Shown here one piece after another: positions 1-12,290 of a stretch of 64,000 nucleotides of DNA. Numbering within the stretch: the stretch's first letter is position 1; every line of letters starts with the position of its first letter. The translations under genes were made by a program, and so were the position numbers. The notes below the pieces were generated by a model. It did not search any database and was not told where the DNA came from. It was given only the letters and a program-made list of their open reading frames with translations. The stretch is from assembly GCA_965153455.1 (NCBI GenBank), contig OZ234493.1:13692213-13756212 (forward strand), given 5' to 3'. This DNA comes from Sphagnum compactum (lineage: Eukaryota).

Positions 1-268
1 CTTTTGCGACACATAAATATTCAATGTTAAGCACTAAATTTTATGTTAATTTAAACTTTTTATTTACATTGTCATCATCAAGTGCCTCAATACATATTTC
101 AACATTATCATCATAATCATGAGCACTTTTATTGTAATGGGGATCTATCATGTTATTTTTTAACTTGATTTAATTTTGACATTCATATTTGCTTTGTTTC
201 ATCATTCTCTACATCTTTTGATTCTTTCCATTCATATAATATTGCAATGTTATTTATAGCACATTTAT

Positions 269-307
<39 letters not shown>

Positions 308-2050
308 GATACATGGCAATTAAAAATTTCCATCCATGCAGTATTTATTGAATGTTTTATATATTTGTAAATTCTCCAAGGCAAGAAAAAATTGCAAATA
401 AGATGTGCATAATTTTTGGGTTCACTTTTGGGCAAATCAATGGTATTTTATAACCTTGTATATTTGGGATGCAAGGGATACTATATTAATGTAGTGTATG
501 TGTGTGTTTTTGTGAATGGCTTTCTAAAAATCGATGATATTTTGTATTGTTAAATAAAAATATTTAGTAGCAAATTCATATGGGGAGATGTTTTGCAATT
601 CATGTGAACTATTTTGATAATTTATTCAAAAATTGAAAAATTATATATGTTGATGTATTTATATCTTATATATATTGAAAATTCATATGTGTTTTCATCT
701 TCACAAATTTCATCAAATGGGTTTTCTTGTTCAAGAACCCACATAGATAAACTATATCAAGGTATATTGGAGAAATAAACATTTTTTATATGATTGGACA
801 ATTTCATCAAATAACTAACAACTCTTGTTGTAAAAAATCTTGTTGAAAATCAATTGTATTTAATGAGCATATAATCAAATGATAATTTCTTTCTAAATGG
901 TCACTTGAAATGGTTTTAAGTCAATTTCTTCAATCTTTTAACGCCAATTTTCATTAATGAATACATATGTAATGTGTATGATGTTTTGGTAATGTGATCC
1001 ATTATATAATAAATTAATGCTTTGTCATAAATTTCCAAAAGAAATTATAATTTTAAGTCATTATTACAACCACAAGCATTCATAATCCCTGGATTAACAT
1101 TATTCAACCATGTATCGTTTGTTTTTATATGCAAAAGTCCATAACCATGTTCAAAATGTGTTTCTTGTATTAAAGTTTGGAGGAATCCATGATTACAAAT
1201 ATCCATTAAATTGTGAAATCCTTGTTCAAATTGACTATGGAAATTTATATCCTTCACATTAGGAGGCCTTGTTGTACATGGATGAATAGCTTGTTGATCC
1301 ATATATTGCTCAGTTTTAATTTGAGTTTGGTCAAAATTAAGAATATTTCAACTTATGATATTGTTCAAATGCTTTAATAGACCATTTCTAATTTTTTTCA
1401 TTTATCAAATTTTACACAAACTCATTTGGGTTTGGGGTATTTGCATTCCATAATAATACATGTATATGCAATGAACCATTCAAAGCCATTCATAACAACC
1501 ATACTAGGTTAGAATCTTCCCAAGAATTCCACAATTACTTTTTACAATCACTTGGGTGTTTTTATTAGCAAAGTAATGAATAAGTAGAAGTTGCATCCCC
1601 CAAAATATGAGCAAACATAGCTTGTGCCTTCAGACTCATAACTGCTAGTTTACTTCTTTCAAATTTATTTGACAATTTTTCATCATAGAATACATCAAGA
1701 TCTATAATTTTTCTCACTTAATAAACTAATAACTAGATTATGGACACATGCAAGATTCAATGTAAAAAATAATGTATGCATGCCAAAAACAATGTATCAT
1801 ATTGAAATCTTCTCTTTCCAAAGCTTGACTACTTCCAAAAGCTAGTAATGTTTGCTAAATGCTTTAATTGGACATAATAAACTTCTTGTGTTGGATTTAC
1901 TAAATATTGATTTTGGATTGTAAATGGCATCATTAAAATAAACTAATCGAATTGTATTCAAAAGAAGAAATTCTTTTTGAAAGGATGATCTTGATATGGT
2001 CAATTTTGCACCTAAACAAAATTGTCTGGGTTGCATGAGATTGAACATGA
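1..2050 (-). mobile_element. Degenerate Helitron Rep (rolling-circle initiator) coding relic
   Basis: Minus-strand fragments give the Rep motifs in order: YIVFGMHTLFFTLN (~1800-1760), HUH motif GSLHIHVLLW (~1478-1448), WLNNVNPGIMNACGCNNDLK (ORF 1045-1302) and ALIYYIMDHITK (~1020-985). Many stops and frameshifts; boundaries approximate. Confidence 0.8.
271..304. repeat. (AT)n microsatellite
   Basis: Perfect AT dinucleotide run of about 17 units. Confidence 0.95.
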
Positions 2051-2896
2051 GAAAGGGGAATGAGTGGTATGAATATGAAATGTCATTTTGTTCTTGGAGT
2101 TGAAAAGACGATGATTGGACCCTAACCCTAACTTAGGACCCTAACCTTACTTAACCCTATGACTTGGAACCTCATAAAATTGTTAAATAGGTTCTTGACT
2201 GGCTTCGAGTCCATGCAAATATGCCTAGTTTGGTTCTAAGGCCAAGTCCACGTAGACTCATTGGGTCCAGTCCTTTGTTGGGTTAGAGTCTATGTAAACC
2301 CATGGGGTCCAGTTCTTATACCAAAACTCACACCTAGCCAAGAACCTAGAACTAGCCAACATTGGTGTTAACATATTTGTGGAACACTATTTTGACTTGA
2401 AAATTTACATAGTTGGTCCCTAGAGAAATTATTATTATGTGTATTCCGGTCTTCATTTTGCGAGTTGTATGTGACTAAATCAATTCATTTATCTCATATG
2501 TTCTCATGTTGAATGAGAAGCATGCAAGGTGAACTTAGAAAACATGAAATTTTATCTTGAAATCCAATGAAAATAGTGCACATTGATGAAGCATTTTGAG
2601 AAAGTGTTGGTTGGAAACCTTTCCAAACACAACCTTTTTCACTCACTTTGAGAAAAACATTTGGCAATATGTATATGTTTATGATAGGAGCAAAACCTTC
2701 TCTATTCCATAGTGATTTACAAGACCTAGTGACTAAAAAATGTTGCACATTGCAAACACACAACTACTTATAGTGCGACAATACGTGTCTAATATCAAAA
2801 CAAATTAGGTCATAGTTGTCGTCTTTAATTGCCTTCAGTTCTGGGGTCCAATTCGGGCATGATGTTAAAAAAAATCTTAGGTAGGATTGATGGTGG

Positions 2897-2916
2897 TTTA
2901 GGGTTTAGGGTTTAGG
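2897..2916 (+). repeat. Short interstitial plant telomere-type repeat (TTTAGGG)x~3
   Basis: Sequence reads tttagggtttagggtttagg. Confidence 0.7.
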
Positions 2917-3576
2917 ACCCCAACTATTAAGGACCCCAAACTCGTCACCAAAAAAGAAAAACTCCAGCACAAATGCTGAAATCACTACCAATGTATAACA
3001 AATGGTGAAAATTAATTAACCCATTACCACCTTAAAAGAACGGTGGCTCACCCTATATATATAGGTCTTGCTGTTGTTTTCCGAGGTGGAAACGAGCCCT
3101 ACCATAGAGTCCATTACTCACTATCAATGTCATTTGGAATGGACAGAACCATTAACCATTCCACAGTTACATTAATTATTATCAATTAGTTTGTTCATTC
3201 GTTACGTGTCATTATACAACCACATCAAAGACATTCACATAGTCCTATTTAGTTAATGGATGGACTAGTTTGCCATTGACAATTTAAATGAACTAAAAAC
3301 AAAGTTACAACTGGAGTCAGTCAACAGTCCTAATAAGCAACTGGTCTCCCAGTTGACCAGTTGTGACAGCCAACCAGCCAGCCATGCACACACAACTGGT
3401 TTCGAACTTTTCCAACTCCCAGCCTCTCTGACAAGCTCTCAAGGCAATCAATCAGTAATCCCAGCAACAAAAGGTTCACATGTTTCATATGCAAAAGAAG
3501 GCATCACAAACACGCTGGCCTTGCCAAATAGATAAAGATGTTGTACCTTTACCTACTGTGTCCACAGTCCGAACAC

Positions 3577-3771
3577 CCAAAAAATCCGTTCCAATCTAAA
3601 CAGTCTAAACACTTTCACCAAAACAACCAGTTCATCTAATGTGAAACTGGTTTTAATAAGGTAAAATTTCCAAAAAAATCTGCTCCAATCTAAACAGTCT
3701 AAACACTTTCACCAAAAAAAACCAGTTCACCTAATGTGAAAACTGGTTTTAATAAGGTAAAATTTCCAAAA
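3577..3771. repeat. Tandem duplication, ~95 bp x2
   Basis: ccaatctaaacagtctaaacactttcaccaaaa...ctaatgtgaaactggttttaataaggtaaaatttccaaaa occurs twice head-to-tail. Confidence 0.9.
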
Positions 3772-5360
3772 GTTGGATCGAATGCGATAGTCCCTATCCC
3801 TGTGGGCGCAGGGCCCAACAAATTTCCATTTCCCCATAAGTTACATGCACTCTGTTTACTGTTTACAATTTTACGTCCGTCTGGGACCAGAGAGTCCACT
3901 CACTCACTCACTCGCTCACATGTCAAAAATGATGACCTTATTAGAGCATCTCCACCTCACACAGACAAACAACTCCTTTATTTTAGAATAGAATAACGTC
4001 TAATGATTACTGTCCCCACCCACAAACGTCATAGAAGGCTCCTTTAAACACTCAAAGACCATTTATGTCTTTACATCTGGACGAGTAATAGTCACTCTCC
4101 AAATCCATACTAGAAAAAAGCTTTTAAAGGGGTTAAAATGACCACTGCAAAATGGACCATCAATACCGGAGAGGAGCAGGATTTGTGCTATCCTGCTGCA
4201 AGATTTACTGAAAAGGGGTGTTTGACGGTGTGGGGGTGGAGTTGCTCTTACAACACTCAGTTGCACACTATCATGCAGCAAACCAACGTCATGCACTTGA
4301 ACATGTGTTAAACAAGCCATTTTTAATGCAAGAACATAATATTAACATGTGTTTCATGCAATAACATTTTTGAACAATATCATTGTATCATAAGATGCTT
4401 GGAGTAGCATTCATTCCCCCTTTTTGGGCTCTTAAGCTCCTTTTTCTTTTCCTTTCATTTTTTTTTCCCCCTTTGATTTGGGTCTCTAGATCTCTTACTT
4501 GTGTTGACACCATGAGGTAAACTAGAATTTTGAAAAATCACCCACCCCTTAACATTAAACTCTCCCCCACAACCCCCCCCAAATTGTGGTGGAATGTGTA
4601 TGGTCACCACAAATTTCTTCCCCTTCATATGTTGAACTACCCTAAGTTTTTTTTTTAATGTTTGGGGTTTAGATTACAAATAGAAAAGTTAGGAAATTAA
4701 AAGAAAAAGGTCTCCCATGAATGGGCCACAATTTTTAATAACTTAATAATAAATTGTATTTTTGGTAATGTCACACAAAGTGTAAATAGGGAAAATAGGT
4801 GAATTTCTAGTTGATTCTCCCATTGGTTAAAAATGAGTTGCTTAAACTAGGACTAGGGGGCTTTTTACTATTTTTAACATCAAAAATTTATCCAAATTTT
4901 CTCAAAATTAGAAAAATTAGCAAAACAATTACACTAGATTTTAAAAATCCCCCTTTTTTGGGGCCCAAAAAACCACAAAAAAATTTGTGGGAAAAAAAAT
5001 TACATTGGCCCTTAGGACCCCCTAAGGAAAAAGGTTTCTAAAAACGATGATTATTATTTCACTGTAATGTTTAACTGTCGATTATACGCAATTGGAACGA
5101 CATCCGAAATGACGCGCTAGTCGATTATATGCCATCTGGAACGTCGTCTGCAATCATGCGCGAGAAACAGCTGCTCGCGCAGATGTCGCCGCGTGCGCGC
5201 TTGCGTGCGTGCGTCTGTTTTTGTCTGCGAGAAGTACGTCTCGAGTGGCATTGTCGAGCGCGGGCGGGATTCTTCTCACGAGCTTCCACAACCAAATCCG
5301 TCAAACAATTTGGTCTTCAGTCATCTTCCGCTAGACTCTCCCATTCGACGTCCGCCCATG

Positions 5361-5367
5361 TATAAAA
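5361..5367 (+). promoter_or_regulatory. Probable TATA box of the peroxidase gene
   Basis: TATAAAA follows a CpG-rich stretch (5100-5360), about 330 bp upstream of the peroxidase ATG. Confidence 0.55.
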
Positions 5368-5688
5368 AGAGAACCCGAGCAGCTCCGTCTCATCAGCAAT
5401 TGTGCAACAACATCGAGCAAAGTTCACTTCTTCCTTGGAAGCCTGATCGATCTCCTGCTGTGTGCAGCAAACATATTCGTAAAACAGCTCGGCAATCGGA
5501 TGTGTAGTCGAGTACTCAGGAAATTGGGGAATGTATATTTAGGTGTGTAGTCAAGTACTTGCCAGAGCTTTCGAACAAGCGCAGGAGCTGCGGAATTGAG
5601 ATTTCGGTTTCAGCTTTGGTGTAGTGCGTACAGCAGCTAGCAGCTAGTGCAGCATTCCAGCGAGCAGTTATCTAGCAATAGAACAGAT

Positions 5689-7087
5689 ATGGAGGGAAGG
5701 AAGCTGTCAATGGGGATCATCGGCAGCCACCTGCAAGCCGCAGCTATTGTTGTAGTGGTGATGGTGATGGCGTTGATGACAGACGCAGCTAGCACTAGTA
5801 AAGTATCGCCATTGAAGGTGGGGTTCTACGCGACCTCGTGTCCATCAGCAGAGTCTTTGATACAGAGAGCGACGCAAGCGAAATTTAATGTCGACAAGAC
5901 CATCACCGCTGGTCTCCTTCGTATCTTCTTTCACGACTGCTTTGTTCAGGTACTAAGATTGCAGCAGCAGCTACACTTACTTTGGCATTGCCATTCACGA
6001 GTCTGAGGATTCACAATTAAGTACGCATAATTTGATGAACTGCAACTGCTGCATAGACTCGAGGTTCTTGCAGCACCGCGTGCAGCTCTGAATGACTGAT
6101 TAATCTTCTTGCCCGGATGCTATGATCATGTTTGTTGCAGGGGTGCGATGCATCGAATCTAATCAAGAGCACGGCAACCAACAAGGCGGAGTTGGATGCG
6201 GTACCCAACCTCACACTGCACGGAATGGATCTGATCGATACAGCCAAAGCCGCTGTCGAGGAAGCTTGCCCCGGAGTTGTCTCCTGCGCCGATATCATTG
6301 CCCTCGCCACTCGCGACGCCGTCGTCATTGTAAGTATTTCTAGATTCAATCTTTCCACCTTCTTGAATCCACGATCAGCTACCTTGCAGCAGTACGATGC
6401 CACGAGATGATATCACCGCAAGCTCGCAATTTTTTATCTCATGATCATCAGCTTTATACTGATCATACTCGCGGCCGTTGATCATGACTGTTGCAGGCCG
6501 GGGGAGAGACTTACGCAGTGCCGACAGGGAGAAGAGACAGCCGTGTGTCGCTAGCATCTTCAGTGAATTTACCAGGTCCCGGCTTCAGCGTGGCTTCTGC
6601 GGCTGCTGCATTCCGAGGACGCGGCCTCGACATCACGGACATGGTCACTCTCTTGGGAGCTCACACAGTGGGAGGCGCACACTGCGAATTCTTTTACAAC
6701 CGTCTCTACAATTTCAATGGGACCGATGGTCTCCAAGACCCCAGTATGGCAGAGACCTTGGCAGCATCCTTGAAAGCCGCATGCCCCATGAAATCCGTGA
6801 CTAGCAGGTATCTAGAGGGCAAGACTACAGTGGCGATCGACCAAGGTACCGAGTTCGTCTTCGACAAGAGCTACTATCATCAGCTACAACACAACCATGG
6901 CGTCTTGCAAATCGACCAGGAGCTCACTCACGATCCCACCACTTCACCCATTGTGAAGTCTCTCGCTAAGGGCTCAGCTACCCACTTCAGCAGCAGCTTC
7001 GGAAATGCAATCGTGAAAATGGGTAACATCGGGGTGCTCACCGGCTCACAAGGCGAAATCCGCAGAATCTGTTCCAAAATCAACTAG
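5689..7087 (+). CDS. PRX: Class III secretory plant peroxidase; exons 5689-5949, 6141-6329, 6497-7087 (346 aa)
   Basis: Hydrophobic signal peptide, then [14 protein letters not shown], distal-His motif [40 protein letters not shown], proximal-His [14 protein letters not shown] and [23 protein letters not shown]. Two phase-0 GT-AG introns join in frame. Confidence 0.96.
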
Positions 7088-8020
7088 AAACAACACAAAA
7101 CCCAACACCAAGTTCTTGGTGGTGATCAACTCTTGAAGAACCACCACCCTTCATCACTTCACCATAGACAAATTTGGGATTTTTTTGTAGAACAAGAATC
7201 CACAACCATTCTTTTGTACAGTCCACTAGACACACAACATCATTCTTTGGCAAAATCATGCCCCCCAAAAACATCTCTTGCACAAATTCTGAAGTCATAA
7301 CAATTCTGAGCATGAGATTCAGCTGCTGTCCATAGCTGCAGAATTGTGCACTAGAAAAGTAGCTTAATCTTTGGGGATCTTCGAATCCCCTGAACATGTG
7401 TATGAAAGTATTGGATCATCAAATCCCTTGTACATTTTACATTTCTAAGAAAACCCATTCCTTTACACATGCAAAGGGTCTGAATATAGATCCTTTCAAA
7501 TTTTCAGCTCCTCCACTCAAATTATCATTGGCCTCGTGACAAGAGCCTCAAATCTGGACGAGTCTATACTCAAACCCTCCTTGGTACAAAATGGTTATAA
7601 AGGAGGGAACATCACACTTTATTCATTTGATTATATTGACCCAATTTGATATCCTCCCACCATTCATCTATCCATCCATGGCAGTGCAAATTTTACTTTT
7701 GTTTAGGGGTCGAAATTTATGAAAATGTCAAATATTATGTAGTTGTCACTAGTGTTGGGTGGTTATGTAGATAGCGAGTAATAATCAACGATTTCGGTTC
7801 CAAATTTTGAATACCTTACCCTAACCTTGATCTCTATTTAAATACCTAGACAAGGACCTTACCCTAAGACCTGCCCCATCTTAGGATTCAAGTTCAACCT
7901 CGGAACTTGATGACCGTTGATTTCACAATATTTTTAAGACCTTGCACTAGTGGGTATCTTTAAAAATTTCAAGGTTTTGGTTTGTTTTTTCAACCTTAAG
8001 GTTTAGAGTTCTGTTTCCTT

Positions 8021-8908
8021 TTGCCACACATCGCATTCCATCCCTCCTTTCATGGTAAGCTTTTTTTTTGGTGTGATAATGACCCCCTCCTTCTTACTTT
8101 TTTCTTTCCTTTCTCCTCTTTGTTTATTCATTACAATGATTGGGGAATCATTCTTGTGACAGCAGTAGGAACACTGCTGGCTTTGGTTACAGGCATGTTA
8201 CCGCAGTGGCGTTTTGAAAAATGGGCATGTCGAAGGAAGACTGAAAAGGTGGTGATTCTCACTGGTGGGAATGGCACAAGGCATGTAATGGTCATTATTG
8301 GTGCTGGCAAAGGACTGGATCTTGAGGATCTGGGAGTTGGAGAAAGCCCAAGGATGAGGCAACGAACTGAGCACGGCAACCGGCTTGCAAGAAGGGAACA
8401 TGACAAGGATGGGAATGTTATGAAGGACTTAGAAGGCAAAGAAAAAAAGAAGATCTTGATGCTTTGTGGTGTGCCTGTCTCATTCTGGATAACCCAGGTT
8501 TCATGCTTGATACTAGCATTTCTGTGGATTGTGTTTCTCATCACAGTTGCAGGGCTGAAGCAGAACACATGGTACCTACTTGCAATTGGAGGACTTGGCA
8601 TGATCCAGAATGTAGTGGTTGCAGGGGCGAGTCGGGGACCAAGCACAATGGGCATTCACTTGAAGCCAATCAAGATAATTGAGCGACTCAAGGTCATGGA
8701 TGCATCGATGGATCTTGAATCATACCGGAGAGATTGTGGGAGGTCTTTGCTTCCTGAATTCTTCAATGGGAAGTTAAGACCTGCAGAAGAAAAATGGTGG
8801 GATGGTGACACAGAACAGTATGAGAGAGTCAGGCGTGAGCAAAGACCTACCAGCTTGCCAGAAGAGAATCTGCCTGTGTTACCTGCGGGAAATGACCAAC
8901 AAGTATGA
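8021..8908 (+). CDS. Fungal-type uncharacterised multi-pass membrane protein, probably N-terminally truncated (recognisable from ~8128; first in-frame ATG 8195)
   Basis: Intronless open frame with DWGIILVTAVGTLLALVTGMLPQWRFEKWACRR, LTGGNGTRHVMVIIGAGKGLDLEDLG, WIVFLITVAGLKQNTWYLLAIGGLGMIQNVVVAGA, KVMDASMDLE and GRSLLPEFFNGKLRPAEEKWW. I recognise these from a widespread fungal hypothetical protein family. The first ~36 codons look like non-coding pyrimidine-rich DNA. Confidence 0.75.
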   Translation: MPHIAFHPSFHGKLFFWCDNDPLLLTFFFPFSSLFIHYNDWGIILVTAVGTLLALVTGMLPQWRFEKWACRRKTEKVVILTGGNGTRHVMVIIGAGKGLDLEDLGVGESPRMRQRTEHGNRLARREHDKDGNVMKDLEGKEKKKILMLCGVPVSFWITQVSCLILAFLWIVFLITVAGLKQNTWYLLAIGGLGMIQNVVVAGASRGPSTMGIHLKPIKIIERLKVMDASMDLESYRRDCGRSLLPEFFNGKLRPAEEKWWDGDTEQYERVRREQRPTSLPEENLPVLPAGNDQQV

Positions 8909-9984
8909 GATATGATGGTCCTTCCACATCACTCTCATGTGGTATGACATGTGGCATTTGGATATGGTTTATACAGTTTTCCATATCATTGTGATTGTAA
9001 AGTCAGGCAGTTTTTTTGTATGCTACTTCAGACATTTCCATTTGTGTGCCATTTGGTTTCTATCTATTCTTGAAAGTCAGGTTAGTTCTTTTGTTAGTAG
9101 TGGACATTTGTATGCATGATCTTTTTGACAGTATACCTTGAGCTCAACTTGGTTAATTACTACTGTAATAGCTTTTCAGGCTCAGCATAATTATATTATT
9201 TTTGTAAATTCTGAATTTTTAAGAAATAATTTGGTTGAAACAGAAATTCAATGAAATAAATTATTACCAGACTACTCAACCACAATAGTGAAGTATGGGA
9301 ATAGGCCTATATTTTTTGACATAATACCAGCTGAAAATTTTGTAAAGTGTTTTTTCAACTGCTAAGTGGATTTTGAAAAATAAAATAATTATAGACATCA
9401 CAGATGGCATACACAGATGGTTCTAAATAAGTATTGGTTTTCATATGGCCTTCTCTGCCTCTTTTTAGTGGGATTACAACACACAATTGGCAGGCCTTCT
9501 TGGGTCCACCTGACATAACCATTGTTCAAAATCCACATGCTCATTGTGCAAATCATGAAAACTATTATGTTATGGAGCGTGCCTGCTGCATGCCATTGAG
9601 CTCATTTAGCTGCCAGTTGAGAAATTTTGGCAAGCTCAGAGGCACCTCACCAGGCACAATTGCCTGTACTTGGCATGATCCACAACACAAAATATTCAGG
9701 CCACCATTGTCGTAGTTTTTGTTGTTGTCTGATCTACAGCTCTTGCAGATTTCCCTGAAACCCTCATGATTGATTCTTAATAGGAAGGGACCATGTTGTG
9801 TGATGCATGCCTCAACGCATTCATATGCCTTGTGTGTATTTTAGTTGTGTTGTGGATTTTGCTTTAGGAGTCTTGACATGAGCAATGTCCCATATTTACA
9901 ACCAAGGTGCTTTGAGCCCTTTTTCTGACTTATGTGTACAGGCTTGTTTATCCCACAGGCTTAATTTTTCTTATTTGATACTAG

Positions 9985-11198
9985 ATGATGATCTGCAACG
10001 TTCTGCAGATAGTAGAGAGTTGGGAGACCAAGAAGTTCACTTTGTGACGTGCATTTGAATGGAACATCACCATGTGTGACAGGCTTTAAAACAAATGTTT
10101 GGTGACCTTACATGTCTTTGTGGGGCCCTCTGCAAATCACATTGATGTTTCTGAATTGTGCTCCAACATGCTTTCAATCATCCATAGGAGATGTTTTTTT
10201 TTCAATTTTGTAGTTTTGAAACTTTGGCAAATTCTTCCAGATTTTTGGCAAATTTTTTCAAGTTTACACTACAAAATAAAGTACAAAATTTTCCAATTCT
10301 TTTTGTAGCCACAGTGTGAAAATTCACCAAAAAAAACTATTATTTAGGAAAATGTACAAAAAGTGGCAATCATCATTAGGGGAATTTAGCCAAATGTGGC
10401 AATAAACAAAATGTAAAGCTCAAATCTTTAATCATCCTTCTATATTTCTGGCTACTTACTGGAAACCAAATCTAGAAATCTGGCAAGTTTTTACTGTTTT
10501 TTTCATTTCTGGCTACTGAAACCCTAAAACACACTTCATTTTCAAGTTTTAATTTCGAACTTTTGGCAACATTTTGCCAGTAAAAAAAGGATGATTCTGA
10601 TGCTATGGTGTACATGCGCTGTGCCATACAAATGGCTAATTGACTTGATTTGCACGTCTAGGCCTGAGTATAAGCGAGTTGAAGGTTTTCAATTTAAGTA
10701 TACACAGCAGGCCACATGTCTTGATGGGAAACTTTGAATCCAGGCCATGGGTTGCATTGCTGGCTGCAAAGGCAACAGGGACTGAACAGTTGAACAACTT
10801 TTGATGGATTGTGCAGCATCCAAAATTTGCTAAGGGTGAGGAGCATTCTGAGAAGGGGAGGGAGAATTTTCAACAACTGCAATGGCAATGCACAACAGTT
10901 TCAGTTTAGTTCAAGAGCTCAATTGAATAGCTAAAGATTATGACTGCTTAAAGAGGGTGAATGCATCCATTTACACAGATCATATGATTCGGCTTTGAGT
11001 TAGACATGCATGTCAGGGTAGTAGCCTTTTTCATATGTAAACGAAATTGTGGGAGGATTAGAGGATTGTTCAACAGGATTTCCACATGCAATGTGATTGC
11101 TTGTGGGGATGTCACGATTTCCTGACAATCTGGGATTTCCTGACAATCTGGGAAAGGGCAGAAGGCATTAGCAATATCACAAGATATCCAGCGGGAAG
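9985..11198 (+). pseudogene. Degenerate exons of an unknown gene, cut by the MULE insertion
   Basis: After acceptor ctag (10661), one frame runs 10663-11198 with 9 stops (6 TGA, 2 TAA, 1 TAG) and an in-frame 18-bp duplication. A short exon-like piece at 9985-10082 has two TGA stops. No homologue recognised. Confidence 0.4.
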
Positions 11199-11549
11199 GG
11201 CTGGAGTGAACCAGCAGCCACCAATGCACCAGTTCAGGATGAGGCCGTTCAAGCCGTTTTGGGGATGAATCAAAAACACATCCTCTTCCCCTGCCCAGGG
11301 ATTTTTCAGCCCCTTTTTCTGCCCCAAAATTTTCCCCTCCTACCTACTTCCCCCCCTCCTACCTCCCTCACCTCATTTCCTGTGCACTCCATCTCCTAAG
11401 CTTGGGAGAGCTCCCGAGCTTGAGTAGCACAAACCTTTGAAGAGATGTAGACACAAGGCTTGAGGAAGGTGGAGAGCTCAACGTTGAAGGAATGTGAAGA
11501 GGAGAAAGCAAGAGGAGCATTTCATCCCAAATGCAGAAGTGAGAGAAGA

Positions 11550-12290
11550 AAGGTAAGCTCCCTCCCTTCTCTGCATTTTTTTTTTCTGTGGTTTTTTTTT
11601 CTTCGTGTTTTTTTTTTTTTTCTTTTGTTTGAGAAGAAGAAGATGCCAAGAGAAAGCGCTTGAAATGAAAGGGCACAAGCAGGAGGGCAAAAGCAGGAGA
11701 GGGTAGAGCGGGAGCTTGAAGGTAAGCTCCCTCCCTTCTTTGCATTTTTTTTCTTCTTTATGGTTTTTTTTTTCTTTGTGTTTTTATTCTTTTCTTTTGC
11801 TTGAGAAGAAGAAAATGCAAGGAAAAAGCGCTTGAAACGGAAGTGCAAAAGCGAAAAGGCAGAAGTAGGAGCCAAAATGAGAGGGCAGAGCAGGAGCTTG
11901 AAAGTAAGCTCCCTCCCTTTTCTGCATATTTTTTCTTCTCCATGGTTCTTTTTTCTTTGTGTTTTTTTTTTTCCTTCTGTTTGAGAAGAAGAAGATGCCA
12001 GGAGAAAACACTTGAAATGGAAATGCAAAAGTGGAAGGGCAGAAGCGGGAACCAAAAGTGAGAGGGTAGAGCAAGAGCTTGAAGGTAAACTCCCTCCCTT
12101 CTCTGCATATTTTTTCTTCTCTATGGTTTTTTTTCTTTGTGTTTTTTTTTTCTTCTGCTTGAGAAGAAGAAGATGCCAAGAGAAAGCAATTGAAACGAAA
12201 GTGCAAAGGCGGGAGGGCAAAAGTGGGAGCCAAAAATGAGAGGGCAAAATGGGAGCTTGAATGTAAGCTCCCTCCTTTCTTTTGATTTTT
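11550..12290. repeat. ~170-180 bp tandem repeat array (about 4 units) inside the MULE
   Basis: Unit aggtaagctccctcccttctctgca-(T-rich)-ttgagaagaagaagatgccaag...gcttgaaa recurs near 11550, 11720, 11900, 12080 and partly at 12260. It explains the many spurious K/F-rich ORFs here. Confidence 0.9.

Noticed and set aside
2897-2916. Telomere or chromosome-fusion site
   Set aside because: Only about 3 units; single AAACCCTA/TAGGGTTT words are scattered through the window's repeats.
8131-8655. 174-aa antisense ORF
   Set aside because: Shadow of the plus-strand membrane protein ORF, with no independent motifs.
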